A stretch of 64,000 nt of DNA from Vicinamibacterales bacterium (GTDB lineage: Bacteria > Acidobacteriota > Vicinamibacteria > Vicinamibacterales > UBA2999). The notes beneath the pieces were generated by a model that was not told where the DNA came from, ran no database searches, and was given only the letters and a program-made list of their open reading frames with translations. Positions 55,801 through 64,000 of this stretch are shown here, one piece after another (within the stretch, counting starts at the first letter, position 1; every line of letters begins with the position of its first letter). The position numbers and the translations under genes were made by a program. The DNA lies in assembly GCA_050187355.1 (NCBI GenBank), contig JBFWXO010000010.1:12586-76585 (forward strand), read 5' to 3'.

Positions 55801-55961
55801 TTCTCGGGCATGTCGTGAAAGGGCACCGACGCTTCGGGCGGCACCTGGCATCCGGTGCTCGCCAGGGCGCTCGCGGCCGCCACCGCGCTCGTCAGGCGCA
55901 GGAACTCGCGACGGTCGACGCGCGTGGCGTCCCGCGGCGTGCTGGTCTCGTGTGCGCTCAT
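52821..55961 (-). CDS. actB: Alternative complex III subunit ActB (molybdopterin-oxidoreductase-like + 4Fe-4S ferredoxin fusion)
   Basis: Tat signal [19 protein letters not shown]. The C-terminal half has multiple Cys clusters: [40 protein letters not shown]...CMEACP. Confidence 0.9.
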   Translation of the reverse strand: MSAHETSTPRDATRVDRREFLRLTSAVAAASALASTGCQVPPEASVPFHDMPENLVDGMGHARFFHTVLEGSPVRVRTREGRPILVTPVADDPTGRGLALAHHAALMDLYDPDRARGPIAVRRRVDTAVATNWQAVSADAVAKVKAAGSRAVLLTGPVTSPALGAVIQAIGAQTGLRHVVWAPMAADAGARAWTAAFGQAGPARPRLDRADLVVGLGAEFLDRPADGLERDFAARRTPEPGLGARMNRFVQLEGRLTLTGANADQRLRVRDSDLARIGAALAHEILVVRSHGALAGDPAVTQALAPFAIDTVAPAAGVDAAALKALAAELVASSGRAIVMAGGSASTAASGAALELTALLLNTALGAFEAGLFDDAPAATTGAGDPGALAALVDDMSNGRVEVLIVAGANPVYDAPAGLKVADALAQVPTIVSLGDRLDETTRLADVLAPVSHPFEAWGDVALPRGILAVQQPVVQPLYDTRGLLEILVDWAAALGEPTAAAAVKAAVTPPATPANPTAAERPATTDVAWYYLRGAWGARLAADTPQAFDAAWNGVLRTGWWQGPVEAPAARVLAPPALALLGSLSAPAGERGLELQLYPHLALGDGRHANNGWLHELPDPITRITWGGAVSIAPRRFDEMGLANGDLVEVDAGHASVIAPAYRHAGMHHDQIALPLGLGRAACGPIGDGVGPNAFPLRLLRDGAFVAAGLSVTLRRVAGAEALAVGQGSDVIDRAQRALVPTTTLTAFEADQRAGTEQTEGGPSAWTVHEYPNARWAMTIDLSKCNGCGKCVIGCQAENNIPVVGRQGMLDGREMSWIRIDRYYDAPRKDGGWDAEVWDGPLEAVEEPQTLFEPMLCQHCENAPCETVCPFSATMHSEDGVNQQIYNRCVGTRYCANNCPFKVRRFNYWELSKRQDSSFFRWLVPKIARNAELNTREPMQMKNNPEVTVRSRGVMEKCSFCIQRIRAARAEATREGAPKDHLPDGAVVPACMEACPTGAITFGDINAPGSRVAIQASSPRAMRLLESVGVKPSVSYLTKVRNDKA

Positions 55962-55971
55962 CGTCGTTCCC

Positions 55972-56595
55972 TCACCGGTGGCAGGTGACGCAGTCGGTGG
56001 AGGCCTTGATCTCGGGCTTCCGGTGGCAGTCCAGGCACCACTGCATGTTGAAGGGCTGCTGCACGGACACGATGTCCATCTCCTGCACCTTGCCGTGGCA
56101 GGTCTGGCACTGGGGCATCGGCTGGCCCGCCTCGTCGACCGCCGGCAGCTTCGGATGCCCCTCGGCGTCCTTCGCGTTGAGGTGCGCGGAGTGGTCGAAG
56201 TAGACGAAATCCGGCAGGTCGTGCACCTTGACCCACGGGATCGGCTGGCCGCGGTCCCAGTACTCGCGCATCTTCAGGACCCACTCCTTGCTGAGGCCCA
56301 CCGTCGAGTGGCAGTTCATGCAGACGGCCGTGGACGGCAGCGTGGAGTGGCGGCCCTTGTAGGGCATCGTGTGGCAGTAGACGCAGGGGATGTTGTAGCC
56401 CCCCACGTTCACCTGCTCGCCCTTGTCGTTGGTCTGCATCACGGGCGGGCCGGCCATGCGTCGGTGCGAGAACGCGATCGGCTGCCGCGGCGCGTAGCCC
56501 TTGCGCACGTTGCTGAACGCGTAGGCGAGCGTGCCGCTCACCGCCACGAGGGCGATGAACGAGACGAGGCGGAAGGCGCGGCTCCTGCCGGTCAT
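55972..56595 (-). CDS. actA: Alternative complex III subunit ActA (pentaheme cytochrome c)
   Basis: Five CxxCH motifs (CVYCH, CMNCH, CQTCH, CLDCH, CVTCH) and an N-terminal anchor. The ATG overlaps the ccoS stop (ATGA). Confidence 0.88.
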   Translation of the reverse strand: MTGRSRAFRLVSFIALVAVSGTLAYAFSNVRKGYAPRQPIAFSHRRMAGPPVMQTNDKGEQVNVGGYNIPCVYCHTMPYKGRHSTLPSTAVCMNCHSTVGLSKEWVLKMREYWDRGQPIPWVKVHDLPDFVYFDHSAHLNAKDAEGHPKLPAVDEAGQPMPQCQTCHGKVQEMDIVSVQQPFNMQWCLDCHRKPEIKASTDCVTCHR

Positions 56596-56792
56596 TCGGG
56601 CACTCTCCTTGAGGGCGCGGCGGCGGGCGCCGGCGGTCGGTCGCGGCGCGGCTCCTCGTCGTCGAAGAGCATCCGGACCGCGGGGGTGTCGAGGTCGTCG
56701 TACTGGCCGCTCGTGGCGGCCCAGATGAACAGGCCGACCGCGATCGCGGCGATGAGCAGGGCGAGCGGCAGCAGGACGAAGATGGTCTCCAC
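56592..56792 (-). CDS. ccoS: cbb3 oxidase maturation protein CcoS/FixS
   Basis: ETIFVLLPLALLIAAIAVGLFIWAATSGQYDDLDTPAVRMLFDD. The GTG start at 56792 is 1 nt after the ccoI stop, with a GGAGG RBS. Confidence 0.85.
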   Translation of the reverse strand: METIFVLLPLALLIAAIAVGLFIWAATSGQYDDLDTPAVRMLFDDEEPRRDRPPAPAAAPSRRVPE

Positions 56793-56793
56793 G

Positions 56794-59319
56794 TCAGGCC
56801 TCCGCACCGCGCAGGGGGGCGGCCGCGGCCGGGCGCCGCGGCGGCACGAACGTGCGCGTGAGCGCCGACGAGAGCACGACCGTGAGCGACGAGGTCGGCA
56901 TCAGCAGGGCCGCCGCGAGCGGCCCGACGAGCCCGGCCAGCGCGAAGCTGGCGGCCCCGAGGTTGTAGGCGAGCGAGAAGCCCACGTTCCGCAGGACGAC
57001 TCCGCGCAGGCGGCGCGCGCCGTCGAGCAGCTGGACGAGCGGCTCCAGGCCCTCGCGCGTGAGGACGATGTCGGCGGCGACGATGGTGGCGCCCATGCCG
57101 CCCTGCACCGCGACGCCCACGTCGGCCAGGGCCAGGGCCGCGGCGTCGTTCACGCCGTCGCCCACCATCATCACGGCGCCCGGCCGCGGGCCGCCCGCGA
57201 CGTGCGCCTGCAGCAGGTCCCGCTTGTCCTCGGGCGTCAGGCCGCCCAGGACGTCGCCGGCCGCCAGCCCGAGCGCGTCGCCGACGCGGGCCACGGCCTC
57301 CGGATGATCGCCGGAGAGGATGCGCACGCGGATGCCGCGCGCCGTCAGCGCCGCCACGGTGCTCCGGGCGTCGGGGCGCAGCCGATCCCCGATGCCGGCC
57401 ACGCCCGCGATCCGGCCGTCGACGGCGACGAAGACGGGGCTGAGGCCCTCGGCGAGCATGGCGGCCGCCGCGTCGTCGAAGGGCGCCGTCGCCGGGCCGC
57501 CGGCGGCGCCGGCGTGGCGCCGCGTGCCGACGCGCACGTCGTGGCCGTCGACCCGGCCCGCGATGCCGAGGCCCGGCGTCTCGATGGCGTCCTCGGCGGT
57601 CCGGACGAGCGTCGGGGTGTGGCGCGACGAGCCCTGGAAGGCCCGCGCCACCCGGTGCGACGACTCGGCCTCGAGCGCGCGCGCCAGGGTGAAGGCGTGC
57701 TCGTCGCCGGTCCAGCGCGCCACCGTGGCCTGGCCTTCGGTGAGGGTGCCGGTCTTGTCCACGAACACCGTGTCCACGCGGCGCAGGCGCTCGAGGGCAT
57801 CGGGGTTCTTCACGAAGATGCCGGCGCGGGCCGCGCGCATGAGCGCCACCGACATCGCCAGCGGGACGGCGAGGCCGAGCGCGCACGGACAGGAGACGAC
57901 CAGGAGCGCGACCACGCGGGTCACCGCGGCCTCGCGTCCCCAGCCCGCCCACACCACGGCCAGGGTGCCGGCGGCCAGGACGAGCAGCACCTGCACGAAG
58001 CGGCGGGCGAGCGTGTCGGTGAGCTGGAGCAGCGCGGGCTTCTTCGCCAGCGCGTCGTCCACGATGGCCAGGAGCGCCCCCACCCGGGTCCGGGCGCCCG
58101 TCGCCTGCACGTCGACCACGAGCCGCGCGCCGAGGTTGGTGGCCCCGGCGTGCACGCGCTCGCCCTCGACGACCGGCGTGGGCGTCGATTCGCCGGTGAG
58201 CACCGCGTTGTCGAGCGCCGAGCGCCCCGACAGCACCACGCCGTCCACCGGGACGAGCTCGCCGCTCCGCACCTCCACCCGGTCGCCCACGGCCAGCGCC
58301 GCGAGCGGCACCTCGACGACGGCGGCGTCGGCGCCCTCGCCCGTGATCCGGCGCGCGAACTCCAGGAACGCCACGCCGCGCAGGCTGTCGGCGCGCTCGA
58401 GCGCCGCCCGCTGCGCGCTGCGCTGCAGCTGCCGGGCGCCCAGCAGCGCCGCGACGAGCATCGCCACCGAGTCGAACCAGAGCGGGCCCTCGCCCGCGAC
58501 CGCGTTCCACGTGCTGGCCGCGCCGCCGATGGTGATGGCCATCGCGACGGGCAGGTCGATGTGCACGAGCCCGGCGCGGAGACCCGCGGCCGCGGTCTGG
58601 TAGAACGGGCGCGCCGAGTAGGCCAGCACGGGGACGGCGACCAGGAGCGACAGCCAGCGGAAGAACGTCTCGTAGTCCGACGCCATCCCGGAGGCCTCGC
58701 CCGCGTACAACGCGCCGGAGAGGAACATCAGGTTCATGGCGCAGGCCACGGCCACGCCGAGGCGCACGAGCCCCGCCCGATCCTCGGCGCGCCGGGCCTC
58801 CTGGACGCGCGAGGCGCGGTGGAGGTGCGGGGTGTAGCCGAGGCGGTCCAGCGCGCGGGCGATCGTCGAGAGGCGCGTCTGGTCCGGGCGCCAGGTGATC
58901 TCGGCCACCGCGCTTCCGTAGTTCAGGCGCACGTCCTCGACGCCGGCCATCGCCCCGGGGAGGCGTTCGACGAGCCACACGCACGCGGCGCAGTGCACGC
59001 CCTCCAGGTAGAGGCGGGTGCGCCGCCGGCCGGGGCCGAGGGCGGTGGAGGCCTGGTCCAGGTACTGCTCGTCGTCGAGGTCCTCGAAGCTGCGTCCCGT
59101 GACCGTGGCCGGCGCCAGCGCGCCGTCCTGCCGCCCGGCGAGCCGGTAGTACTGGTCGAAGCCCCATTCGTGGATGAGCGCGTGGACCTGCCGGCAGCCC
59201 CCGCAGCAGAACTGCTGCGCGTCGCCGGGCTGGACGAGGGCCGCCGGCACCGGCGTGCCGCAATGCGCGCAGGAGGCCGGAGCGGCCGTGTCGCCGGGCA
59301 CCGCGAGGGCGGGCATCAT
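56794..59319 (-). CDS. ccoI: Copper-translocating P-type ATPase CcoI/FixI
   Basis: ATG at 59319. N-terminal Cys-rich region (CAHCGTP...CCGGCRQV), CPC motif (SCPCALG), DKTGTLT, GDGVNDA. Confidence 0.92.
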   Translation of the reverse strand: MMPALAVPGDTAAPASCAHCGTPVPAALVQPGDAQQFCCGGCRQVHALIHEWGFDQYYRLAGRQDGALAPATVTGRSFEDLDDEQYLDQASTALGPGRRRTRLYLEGVHCAACVWLVERLPGAMAGVEDVRLNYGSAVAEITWRPDQTRLSTIARALDRLGYTPHLHRASRVQEARRAEDRAGLVRLGVAVACAMNLMFLSGALYAGEASGMASDYETFFRWLSLLVAVPVLAYSARPFYQTAAAGLRAGLVHIDLPVAMAITIGGAASTWNAVAGEGPLWFDSVAMLVAALLGARQLQRSAQRAALERADSLRGVAFLEFARRITGEGADAAVVEVPLAALAVGDRVEVRSGELVPVDGVVLSGRSALDNAVLTGESTPTPVVEGERVHAGATNLGARLVVDVQATGARTRVGALLAIVDDALAKKPALLQLTDTLARRFVQVLLVLAAGTLAVVWAGWGREAAVTRVVALLVVSCPCALGLAVPLAMSVALMRAARAGIFVKNPDALERLRRVDTVFVDKTGTLTEGQATVARWTGDEHAFTLARALEAESSHRVARAFQGSSRHTPTLVRTAEDAIETPGLGIAGRVDGHDVRVGTRRHAGAAGGPATAPFDDAAAAMLAEGLSPVFVAVDGRIAGVAGIGDRLRPDARSTVAALTARGIRVRILSGDHPEAVARVGDALGLAAGDVLGGLTPEDKRDLLQAHVAGGPRPGAVMMVGDGVNDAAALALADVGVAVQGGMGATIVAADIVLTREGLEPLVQLLDGARRLRGVVLRNVGFSLAYNLGAASFALAGLVGPLAAALLMPTSSLTVVLSSALTRTFVPPRRPAAAAPLRGAEA

Positions 59320-59855
59320 GGCCGCGCATCCTCCGCCGACGCCGGCGCCGGATCGGTCACGTCCAGCCGCGCCGCGTGCACGAAGTGGAGGGCGCGCTGG
59401 TGGGTGTCGAGCCGGAACTCCCACGCACCGGGTTCGTCCACCCGCACGAGCGTCCGGTAGTGGCCGGCCGCCTCCGGGAGCTCCACGAGATCGCCGCGCT
59501 GGTTCAGGCGTCCGTCGGCCGGCCGCACGGCCAGGAGCTGTCCGACCAGGCCCGACACCGGCTGGCCCGCGCGGTCGGCCACCATCACGTCCACCGGCCG
59601 GGGCATGCCGGGCAGGTGCGGGACGTCGGCGGGCAGCTCGTACTGGACGGTCCAGCCGAGCTGCCGGCTCTCCTCCTGCACGGCCTCGTCCACGTCCCAG
59701 GCACGCGCGGCCTCGTAGTAGCCCTGAATCGGGCGCGGCGCGTCGGGCCGCGTGGCCACGTACACCAGGACGCCCGAGGCCACGATCGACATCGTCAGGT
59801 GCCCGCCGATGAAGATCGGCCAGCGGTACTCGGAGAGGACGCGCAGCACCTTCAT
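59316..59855 (-). CDS. ccoH: CcoH/FixH-family cbb3 assembly protein
   Basis: 179 aa with an N-terminal TM (WPIFIGGHLTMSIVASGVLVYV) and a periplasmic FixH-like domain. Start and stop overlap the neighbouring genes. Confidence 0.75.
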   Translation of the reverse strand: MKVLRVLSEYRWPIFIGGHLTMSIVASGVLVYVATRPDAPRPIQGYYEAARAWDVDEAVQEESRQLGWTVQYELPADVPHLPGMPRPVDVMVADRAGQPVSGLVGQLLAVRPADGRLNQRGDLVELPEAAGHYRTLVRVDEPGAWEFRLDTHQRALHFVHAARLDVTDPAPASAEDARP

Positions 59856-61318
59856 GGCGTGGCTCCGGTGCCGAACGGACCGAGCAGCAGGAAGTCGATC
59901 TCCTTGCGGAAGCCGCGATCGGACGTGACCAGGTAGTGCACGGTGAGCTGGCCGTTGCTGAAGAGCGCCCGCGGCACCGTCGTGACGGCGTTCACCGTGA
60001 GCACCTTCTCGGGCGTCACGACCACGGGCGACTCGCTGATGACCAGCGACGCCTCGGGCGGGCTCACGAGCGTCATGGTGAACCGCTGCGTCTCGGGCAG
60101 CTGGTTCGTGAACCGCACGCGCTGCTGGTTGGCGACCTCGCCGGTGTTCAGCAGCCGGTACGGCTCCCGGCCGCCGCGCACGATCTCGACCAGCGCATCG
60201 GCGCGGGTGAAGACCAGGACCCCCAGCGTGCCCCAGGCGACCAGCATCATCGCCAGGTAGGCGAGGTTGCGCGGCCGCCACAGGTGGCGGGCGGCGCCCT
60301 GCTGCTCGCTCTCCGACGTGAACTTGATGAGGCCGGTCGGCCGGCCGAGCTTGACCATCACCTCGTCGCAGGCGTCGACGCACTGCGCCGTGCCGATGCA
60401 CTCCACCTGGAGGCCGCGCCGGATGTCCACGCCCGTCGGGCACGCGCTCACGCACGCGCCGCAGTCGATGCAGGCGCCGGCGCCCGGGAGCAGCTCGCGC
60501 GCGCGGGTGCGCGGTTCGCCGCGGTCGGTGTCGTACGCGACCAGGATCGTGTCCTTGTCCGTCAGCACGTTCTGGAGCCGCCCGTAAGGGCAGGCGATCG
60601 TGCACATCTGGTCGCGGAACCAGCCGAAGTCGAAGACGATGAGCGCCGTGACGAAGGCGATCGTGAAGAGCGCGCCCGTCCACTGCTGCGGCGCGTGGAG
60701 CAGGCCCGGCGCCAGCGCGGCCCAGCCCGTGAAGTAGGCGACGAAGTTCGTCGCCATCGCGAGGCCCACCAGCAGGAACAGGCCCCACTTCGTGGTCTTG
60801 ATGGCGGCCTTGCGCGCCGACCACGGCTCCTTGTTCAGCCGCTTCTGGTTCGTGGGCCCGCCCTCGACGAGGGCCTCGATCGGGCGGAACAGGAACTCCA
60901 GGTAGACGGTCTGCGGGCAGCCGAAGCCGCACCAGATGCGTCCGAACGTGGACCCGACGAAGAACACCGTCACCACCACGCCGAAGCCGAACGCCGCCAG
61001 CAGCAGGTTGTCGGTCGGGTGGAACGTGGTGCCGAACAGGTGGAACCGGCGGGTCGCCAGGTCGAGGAACACCGCCGGGTTGCCGCCGATCGGGATGAGC
61101 GGCAGCGCGAAGAACAGCACCATCAGGGCGTACGCGATGCCCCGCCGAATCCGCCAGTAGTGGCCCTTGCGCACCACCGGGTGCATGAACCGCCGCGAGC
61201 CGTCCGCCGAGATGCTGTACAGCAGCTCTTCCGGCGGCGCGACCTCGTAGATGCGCTCGTGCCCCGCCGGCGCGCCAGGCGCCTGGCCGGGATCCCGTGG
61301 ATGGGCGGCGGCAGCCAT
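59852..61318 (-). CDS. ccoG: CcoG/FixG 4Fe-4S membrane ferredoxin
   Basis: WCGFGCPQTVYLEFLFRPIE, CTIACPYGRLQ, CIDCGACVSACPTG. Confidence 0.92.
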   Translation of the reverse strand: MAAAAHPRDPGQAPGAPAGHERIYEVAPPEELLYSISADGSRRFMHPVVRKGHYWRIRRGIAYALMVLFFALPLIPIGGNPAVFLDLATRRFHLFGTTFHPTDNLLLAAFGFGVVVTVFFVGSTFGRIWCGFGCPQTVYLEFLFRPIEALVEGGPTNQKRLNKEPWSARKAAIKTTKWGLFLLVGLAMATNFVAYFTGWAALAPGLLHAPQQWTGALFTIAFVTALIVFDFGWFRDQMCTIACPYGRLQNVLTDKDTILVAYDTDRGEPRTRARELLPGAGACIDCGACVSACPTGVDIRRGLQVECIGTAQCVDACDEVMVKLGRPTGLIKFTSESEQQGAARHLWRPRNLAYLAMMLVAWGTLGVLVFTRADALVEIVRGGREPYRLLNTGEVANQQRVRFTNQLPETQRFTMTLVSPPEASLVISESPVVVTPEKVLTVNAVTTVPRALFSNGQLTVHYLVTSDRGFRKEIDFLLLGPFGTGATP

Positions 61319-61319
61319 C

Positions 61320-61907
61320 TCACCTCCCGGGGAGGGGCTCCGCGGTGAACGGGTCGCCTTCCGGCGCGCGCGGGTTGGGCGGGTTCGTGCCCTGGATGCT
61401 GCGCACGAAGGAGACGACGGCGGCCAGTTCGTCGGGGCGCAGGGCGCGGCCCCAGGGCGGCATGCCCTTGGCCGGCCAGCCCTTGGCCACGCTCTGGAAG
61501 ATCTGCTCGACCGAGCCGCCGTGGATCCAGCGCTCGTCGGTGAGGTTCGGCCCGATGAGGCCCTGCGCCTCGGGCCCGTGGCACGGGGAGCAGGAGCGGG
61601 CGAACCGCGAGGCGCCCGTGTCCACGATCGCCGGGTTGGTGGCGCCCGCCAGCAGGTCCGCGGGCTTCGGCGGCACGAGGGGGTTCGCGTCGAAGTACGC
61701 CTGGACGTCAGCGACCGTCTGCGTCGTCTGCTGGCGGTACTCGGCGTCCATCGAGCCCTCCCCGAAGCTGAGGGCGTAGAACATCAGGTAGGCCGCCGAG
61801 AAGATGAGCGAGCCCCACCAGATGGCCATGAGCCATCCCGGCATCGGGTTGTCGTACTCCTTGATGCCGTCGATGTCGTGCAGGACCTTGTCTTCGTACT
61901 GTGCCAT
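61320..61907 (-). CDS. ccoP: cbb3-type cytochrome c oxidase subunit III (CcoP), monoheme form
   Basis: The N-terminus DIDGIKEYDNPMPGWLMAIWWGSLIF is typical of CcoP. There is a single CSPCH heme motif. Confidence 0.85.
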   Translation of the reverse strand: MAQYEDKVLHDIDGIKEYDNPMPGWLMAIWWGSLIFSAAYLMFYALSFGEGSMDAEYRQQTTQTVADVQAYFDANPLVPPKPADLLAGATNPAIVDTGASRFARSCSPCHGPEAQGLIGPNLTDERWIHGGSVEQIFQSVAKGWPAKGMPPWGRALRPDELAAVVSFVRSIQGTNPPNPRAPEGDPFTAEPLPGR

Positions 61908-61919
61908 GGCGCGATCGCC

Positions 61920-62117
61920 TCATCCCTGGGTGGTGGCATCGGTCCCGGCGCCGCGGACCGGCTCGGGTTCGTCGAGCGCCATCCGCGCGCGGGCCGCGAG
62001 GTCCTCGGGTCGAGCCAGGTAGACCCGGAGGGCGACGACGGCGTACACCACGACGAAGAACAGCAGCGACACGACGGCCAGGAACGTCGAGCTGCTCGTG
62101 GCGAGGTCCTGCAGCAT
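61920..62117 (-). CDS. ccoQ: CcoQ-like small membrane subunit
   Basis: 65 aa with one TM (FLAVVSLLFFVVVYAVVALRVY), positioned between ccoNO and ccoP. Confidence 0.6.
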   Translation of the reverse strand: MLQDLATSSSTFLAVVSLLFFVVVYAVVALRVYLARPEDLAARARMALDEPEPVRGAGTDATTQG

Positions 62118-62119
62118 GG

Positions 62120-64000
62120 CTACCTCGCGGGTCCGTGGGCCGACGCCCGGGCGGGCGCCGCCGGCGCGTCAGCGGGCCGGGCGGCCCGCGCGGCCGGCCT
62201 TGCCGCGGGGCGCGGGGTCGCCGCGGCCGCCGTCGGTGCGGCCGCGGGTGCCGGGGCCGGAGCGGGCGGCGGCGCGAGCGTGGCGGCATAGGGCGCCTGC
62301 GGCTGCGACCGCTGCCACCGGATGTCCGTGCCCAGCCGCTGCAGGTACGCGGTGAGCGCCACGATCTCCTTGTCCACGAGGCCGGTCGGGCCCTGCTGCG
62401 CCTCCACCTCGGCCGCGATGGTCCTGGCCTGCGTCTGCATCGCAGTCACCGCGGTGTCGATCTCGCCATCGGTGTAGGGCACGCCGACGGCCCGCAGCGC
62501 CCGCATCTTCGCCCCGATGAGCCCGGTGTCGAACGCATCGGTCAGCAGGTGCGGATACGCCGGCATGATCGAGCCGGGCGTGGTGGAGCTCGGCTGCTGC
62601 ATGTGGCGGACGTGCCAGAGCGACGGGTACTTGCCGCCGACGCGGTGCAGATCGGGCCCCGTGCGTTTCGAGCCCCACTGGAACGGGTGGTCGTACACGT
62701 ACTCGCCCGCCTTCGAGTACTCGCCGTACCGCTCGGTCTCGTAGGTGAACGGCCGCACCATCTGCGAGTGGCAGTTGTAGCAGCCCTCCCGCACGTAGAT
62801 GTCCCGGCCGACGACCTCGAGCGGCGTGTACGGGTGGACGCTGGCGATCTCCTTCACGTTCGACTTGTTGAAGAACATGGGGATCGCCTCGACCAGCGAT
62901 CCGACCGCCAGGGCCAGCGCCGTCAGGAGCGTGAAGGTCACCATCCGGCCCTCGAGCATCCGGTGGAACCCGTGCCGCATCTCGTGCTGCAGGCGGAAGA
63001 ACGCGTGGTCGTAGGTGTTGGCGGGCGTGACCGCGCCGGGGGCCGCCAGGTCGCGCACGAGCGGCGGCGCCACCACCTCGGGCTCGACCGCGTAGTCGGC
63101 GGGCGCGCTCTTGATGGTCTTCACCACGTTCCAGACGAGCATGATCATGCCCGTGAAGAAGAGCAGCCCGCTCATCAGCCGCACCCAGTACATGGGCACG
63201 ATGCGGACGACGGTCTCGATGAAGTCCGGATAGACGAGGCGCCCGTCGGCTTCGAACGCACGCCACATCGCCCACTGGGTGATGCCGGCCACCCACATCG
63301 AGATCTGGTAGCCGATGAGGCCGACCGTGCCGATCCAGAAGTGCGCCGTGGCCAGCCGCGTGGAGTAGAGCGTGGTCTTGTACAGCCGCGGGATCGACCA
63401 GTAGAGGATGGCGAAGGACAGGAAGGCGTTCCAGCCGAGCGCCCCGGCGTGCGCGTGGCCGACGGTCCAGTCGGTGAAGTGCGAGACCGCGTTCACCGAC
63501 TTGATCGACATCATCGGCCCCTCGAAGGTCGACATGCCGTAGTAGGTGACGGCCACCACCATGAACTTCAGGATGGGGTCCTCGCGCAGCTTGTGCCAGG
63601 CGCCGCGCAGCGTGAAGAAGCCGTTCACCATGCCGCCCCACGACGGCATCCAGAGAATGAGCGAGAAGAGCATCCCCAGCGTGGACGCCCATTCCGGCAC
63701 GGCGGAGTAGTGGAGGTGGTGGGGGCCGGCCCAGATGTAGACGAAGACCAGCGACCAGAAGTGCATGATCGACAGCCGGTAGCTGAACACCGGCCGCTCG
63801 GCCGCCTTGGGCAGGTAGTAGTACATCAGCCCCAGGAACGGGGTCGTCAGGAAGAACGCGACCGCGTTGTGCCCGTACCACCACTGCATCAGGGCGTCCT
63901 TGACCCCCGAGTAGGCGGAGTAGCTGCCCAGGAACGAGTAGGGCATCACCATGCTGTTCCCGACGTGCAGGATGGTGATGGCCACGATGGTCGCCAGGTA
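62120..64000 (-). CDS. ccoN: Fused cbb3-type cytochrome c oxidase subunits I and II (CcoN-CcoO), 5' end outside the window
   Basis: CcoN helices with heme/Cu ligating His (WAGPHHLHY, TDWTVGHAHAGALGW). A CcoO module follows (YVREGCYNCHSQMVRP...GPDLHRVGGKY...MPAYP). It ends in a ~60-aa Pro/Ala-rich tail. The ORF continues past 64000. Confidence 0.92.
   Translation of the reverse strand, partial: YLATIVAITILHVGNSMVMPYSFLGSYSAYSGVKDALMQWWYGHNAVAFFLTTPFLGLMYYYLPKAAERPVFSYRLSIMHFWSLVFVYIWAGPHHLHYSAVPEWASTLGMLFSLILWMPSWGGMVNGFFTLRGAWHKLREDPILKFMVVAVTYYGMSTFEGPMMSIKSVNAVSHFTDWTVGHAHAGALGWNAFLSFAILYWSIPRLYKTTLYSTRLATAHFWIGTVGLIGYQISMWVAGITQWAMWRAFEADGRLVYPDFIETVVRIVPMYWVRLMSGLLFFTGMIMLVWNVVKTIKSAPADYAVEPEVVAPPLVRDLAAPGAVTPANTYDHAFFRLQHEMRHGFHRMLEGRMVTFTLLTALALAVGSLVEAIPMFFNKSNVKEIASVHPYTPLEVVGRDIYVREGCYNCHSQMVRPFTYETERYGEYSKAGEYVYDHPFQWGSKRTGPDLHRVGGKYPSLWHVRHMQQPSSTTPGSIMPAYPHLLTDAFDTGLIGAKMRALRAVGVPYTDGEIDTAVTAMQTQARTIAAEVEAQQGPTGLVDKEIVALTAYLQRLGTDIRWQRSQPQAPYAATLAPPPAPAPAPAAAPTAAAATPRPAARPAARAARPADAPAAPARASAHGPAR

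Noticed and set aside
55855-59460. 1201-aa plus-strand and 1123-aa minus-strand ORFs across actA/ccoS/ccoI
   Set aside because: They are antisense to, or out of frame with, clearly identifiable ActA, CcoS and CcoI. No motifs were seen.
1-64000. rRNA, tRNA, riboswitch or other structured-RNA genes in the intergenic gaps
   Set aside because: All gaps longer than 100 bp were read (for example 9253-9416, 35712-35869, 37561-37819, 47690-47800). None showed tRNA cloverleaf features or motifs I recognise. A covariance-model scan (Infernal/Rfam, tRNAscan-SE) would be needed to exclude them formally.

Overview
High-G+C (roughly 70%) bacterial chromosomal segment. It is most likely Acidobacteriota-like. 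The supporting gene content is a PadR regulator next to an ADOP-type duplicated FtsX permease, a CarboxypepD_reg-type TonB-dependent-like outer membrane protein, a fused CcoN-CcoO, and alternative complex III. About 55 genes can be supported. No rRNA, tRNA or CRISPR array was seen.

Main blocks:
(1) 1-4.1 kb: a citrate synthase divergent from a paralog that carries an N-terminal HTH.
(2) 4.1-9.3 kb: an accessory patch of visibly lower G+C. It contains a complete IS1595-family element (5608-8163; 23-bp inverted repeats, 8-bp target duplication AGAAAATT). The IS carries a three-gene passenger cassette: HigB/Gp49-like toxin, long XRE antitoxin, and a DUF3467-like protein. Directly beside the IS is a single-gene fusion of a SLOG (LOG-like) domain and a DNPH1/deoxyribosyltransferase-like domain. 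Its ATG start is thrown out of frame by a G6 tract.
(3) 9.4-14.7 kb: housekeeping and regulatory genes (fused OtsA-OtsB, MarR, CaCA exchanger, GNAT, VOC, AraC).
(4) 14.7-19.7 kb: an uncharacterised CARDB-protein plus 4-TM-protein operon, a catalytically dead trypsin-fold secreted protein, and a Ser/Thr kinase-BRCT fusion.
(5) 19.7-22.9 kb: a YtrA-type GntR/ABC operon headed by a GntR-HTH::PP2C phosphatase fusion.
(6) 23-35.7 kb: amidase, TonB-dependent-like OMP, ceramidase-like protein, a 681-aa orphan, an EF-hand protein, a PIG-L deacetylase and a PLP decarboxylase.
(7) 35.9-37.6 kb: a nucleotidyltransferase-fold gene and a multiply frameshifted repeat (adhesin or tail-fibre-like) pseudogene.
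(8) 37.8-47.7 kb: PadR-ADOP, vapBC and gltBD.
(9) 48.2-64 kb: a 16-kb same-strand respiratory supercluster, ccoNO-Q-P, ccoGHIS, actABCDEF and a DsbD_2/TauE-like gene.

All domain calls come from reading the translated ORFs and recognising motifs. No database search was run.
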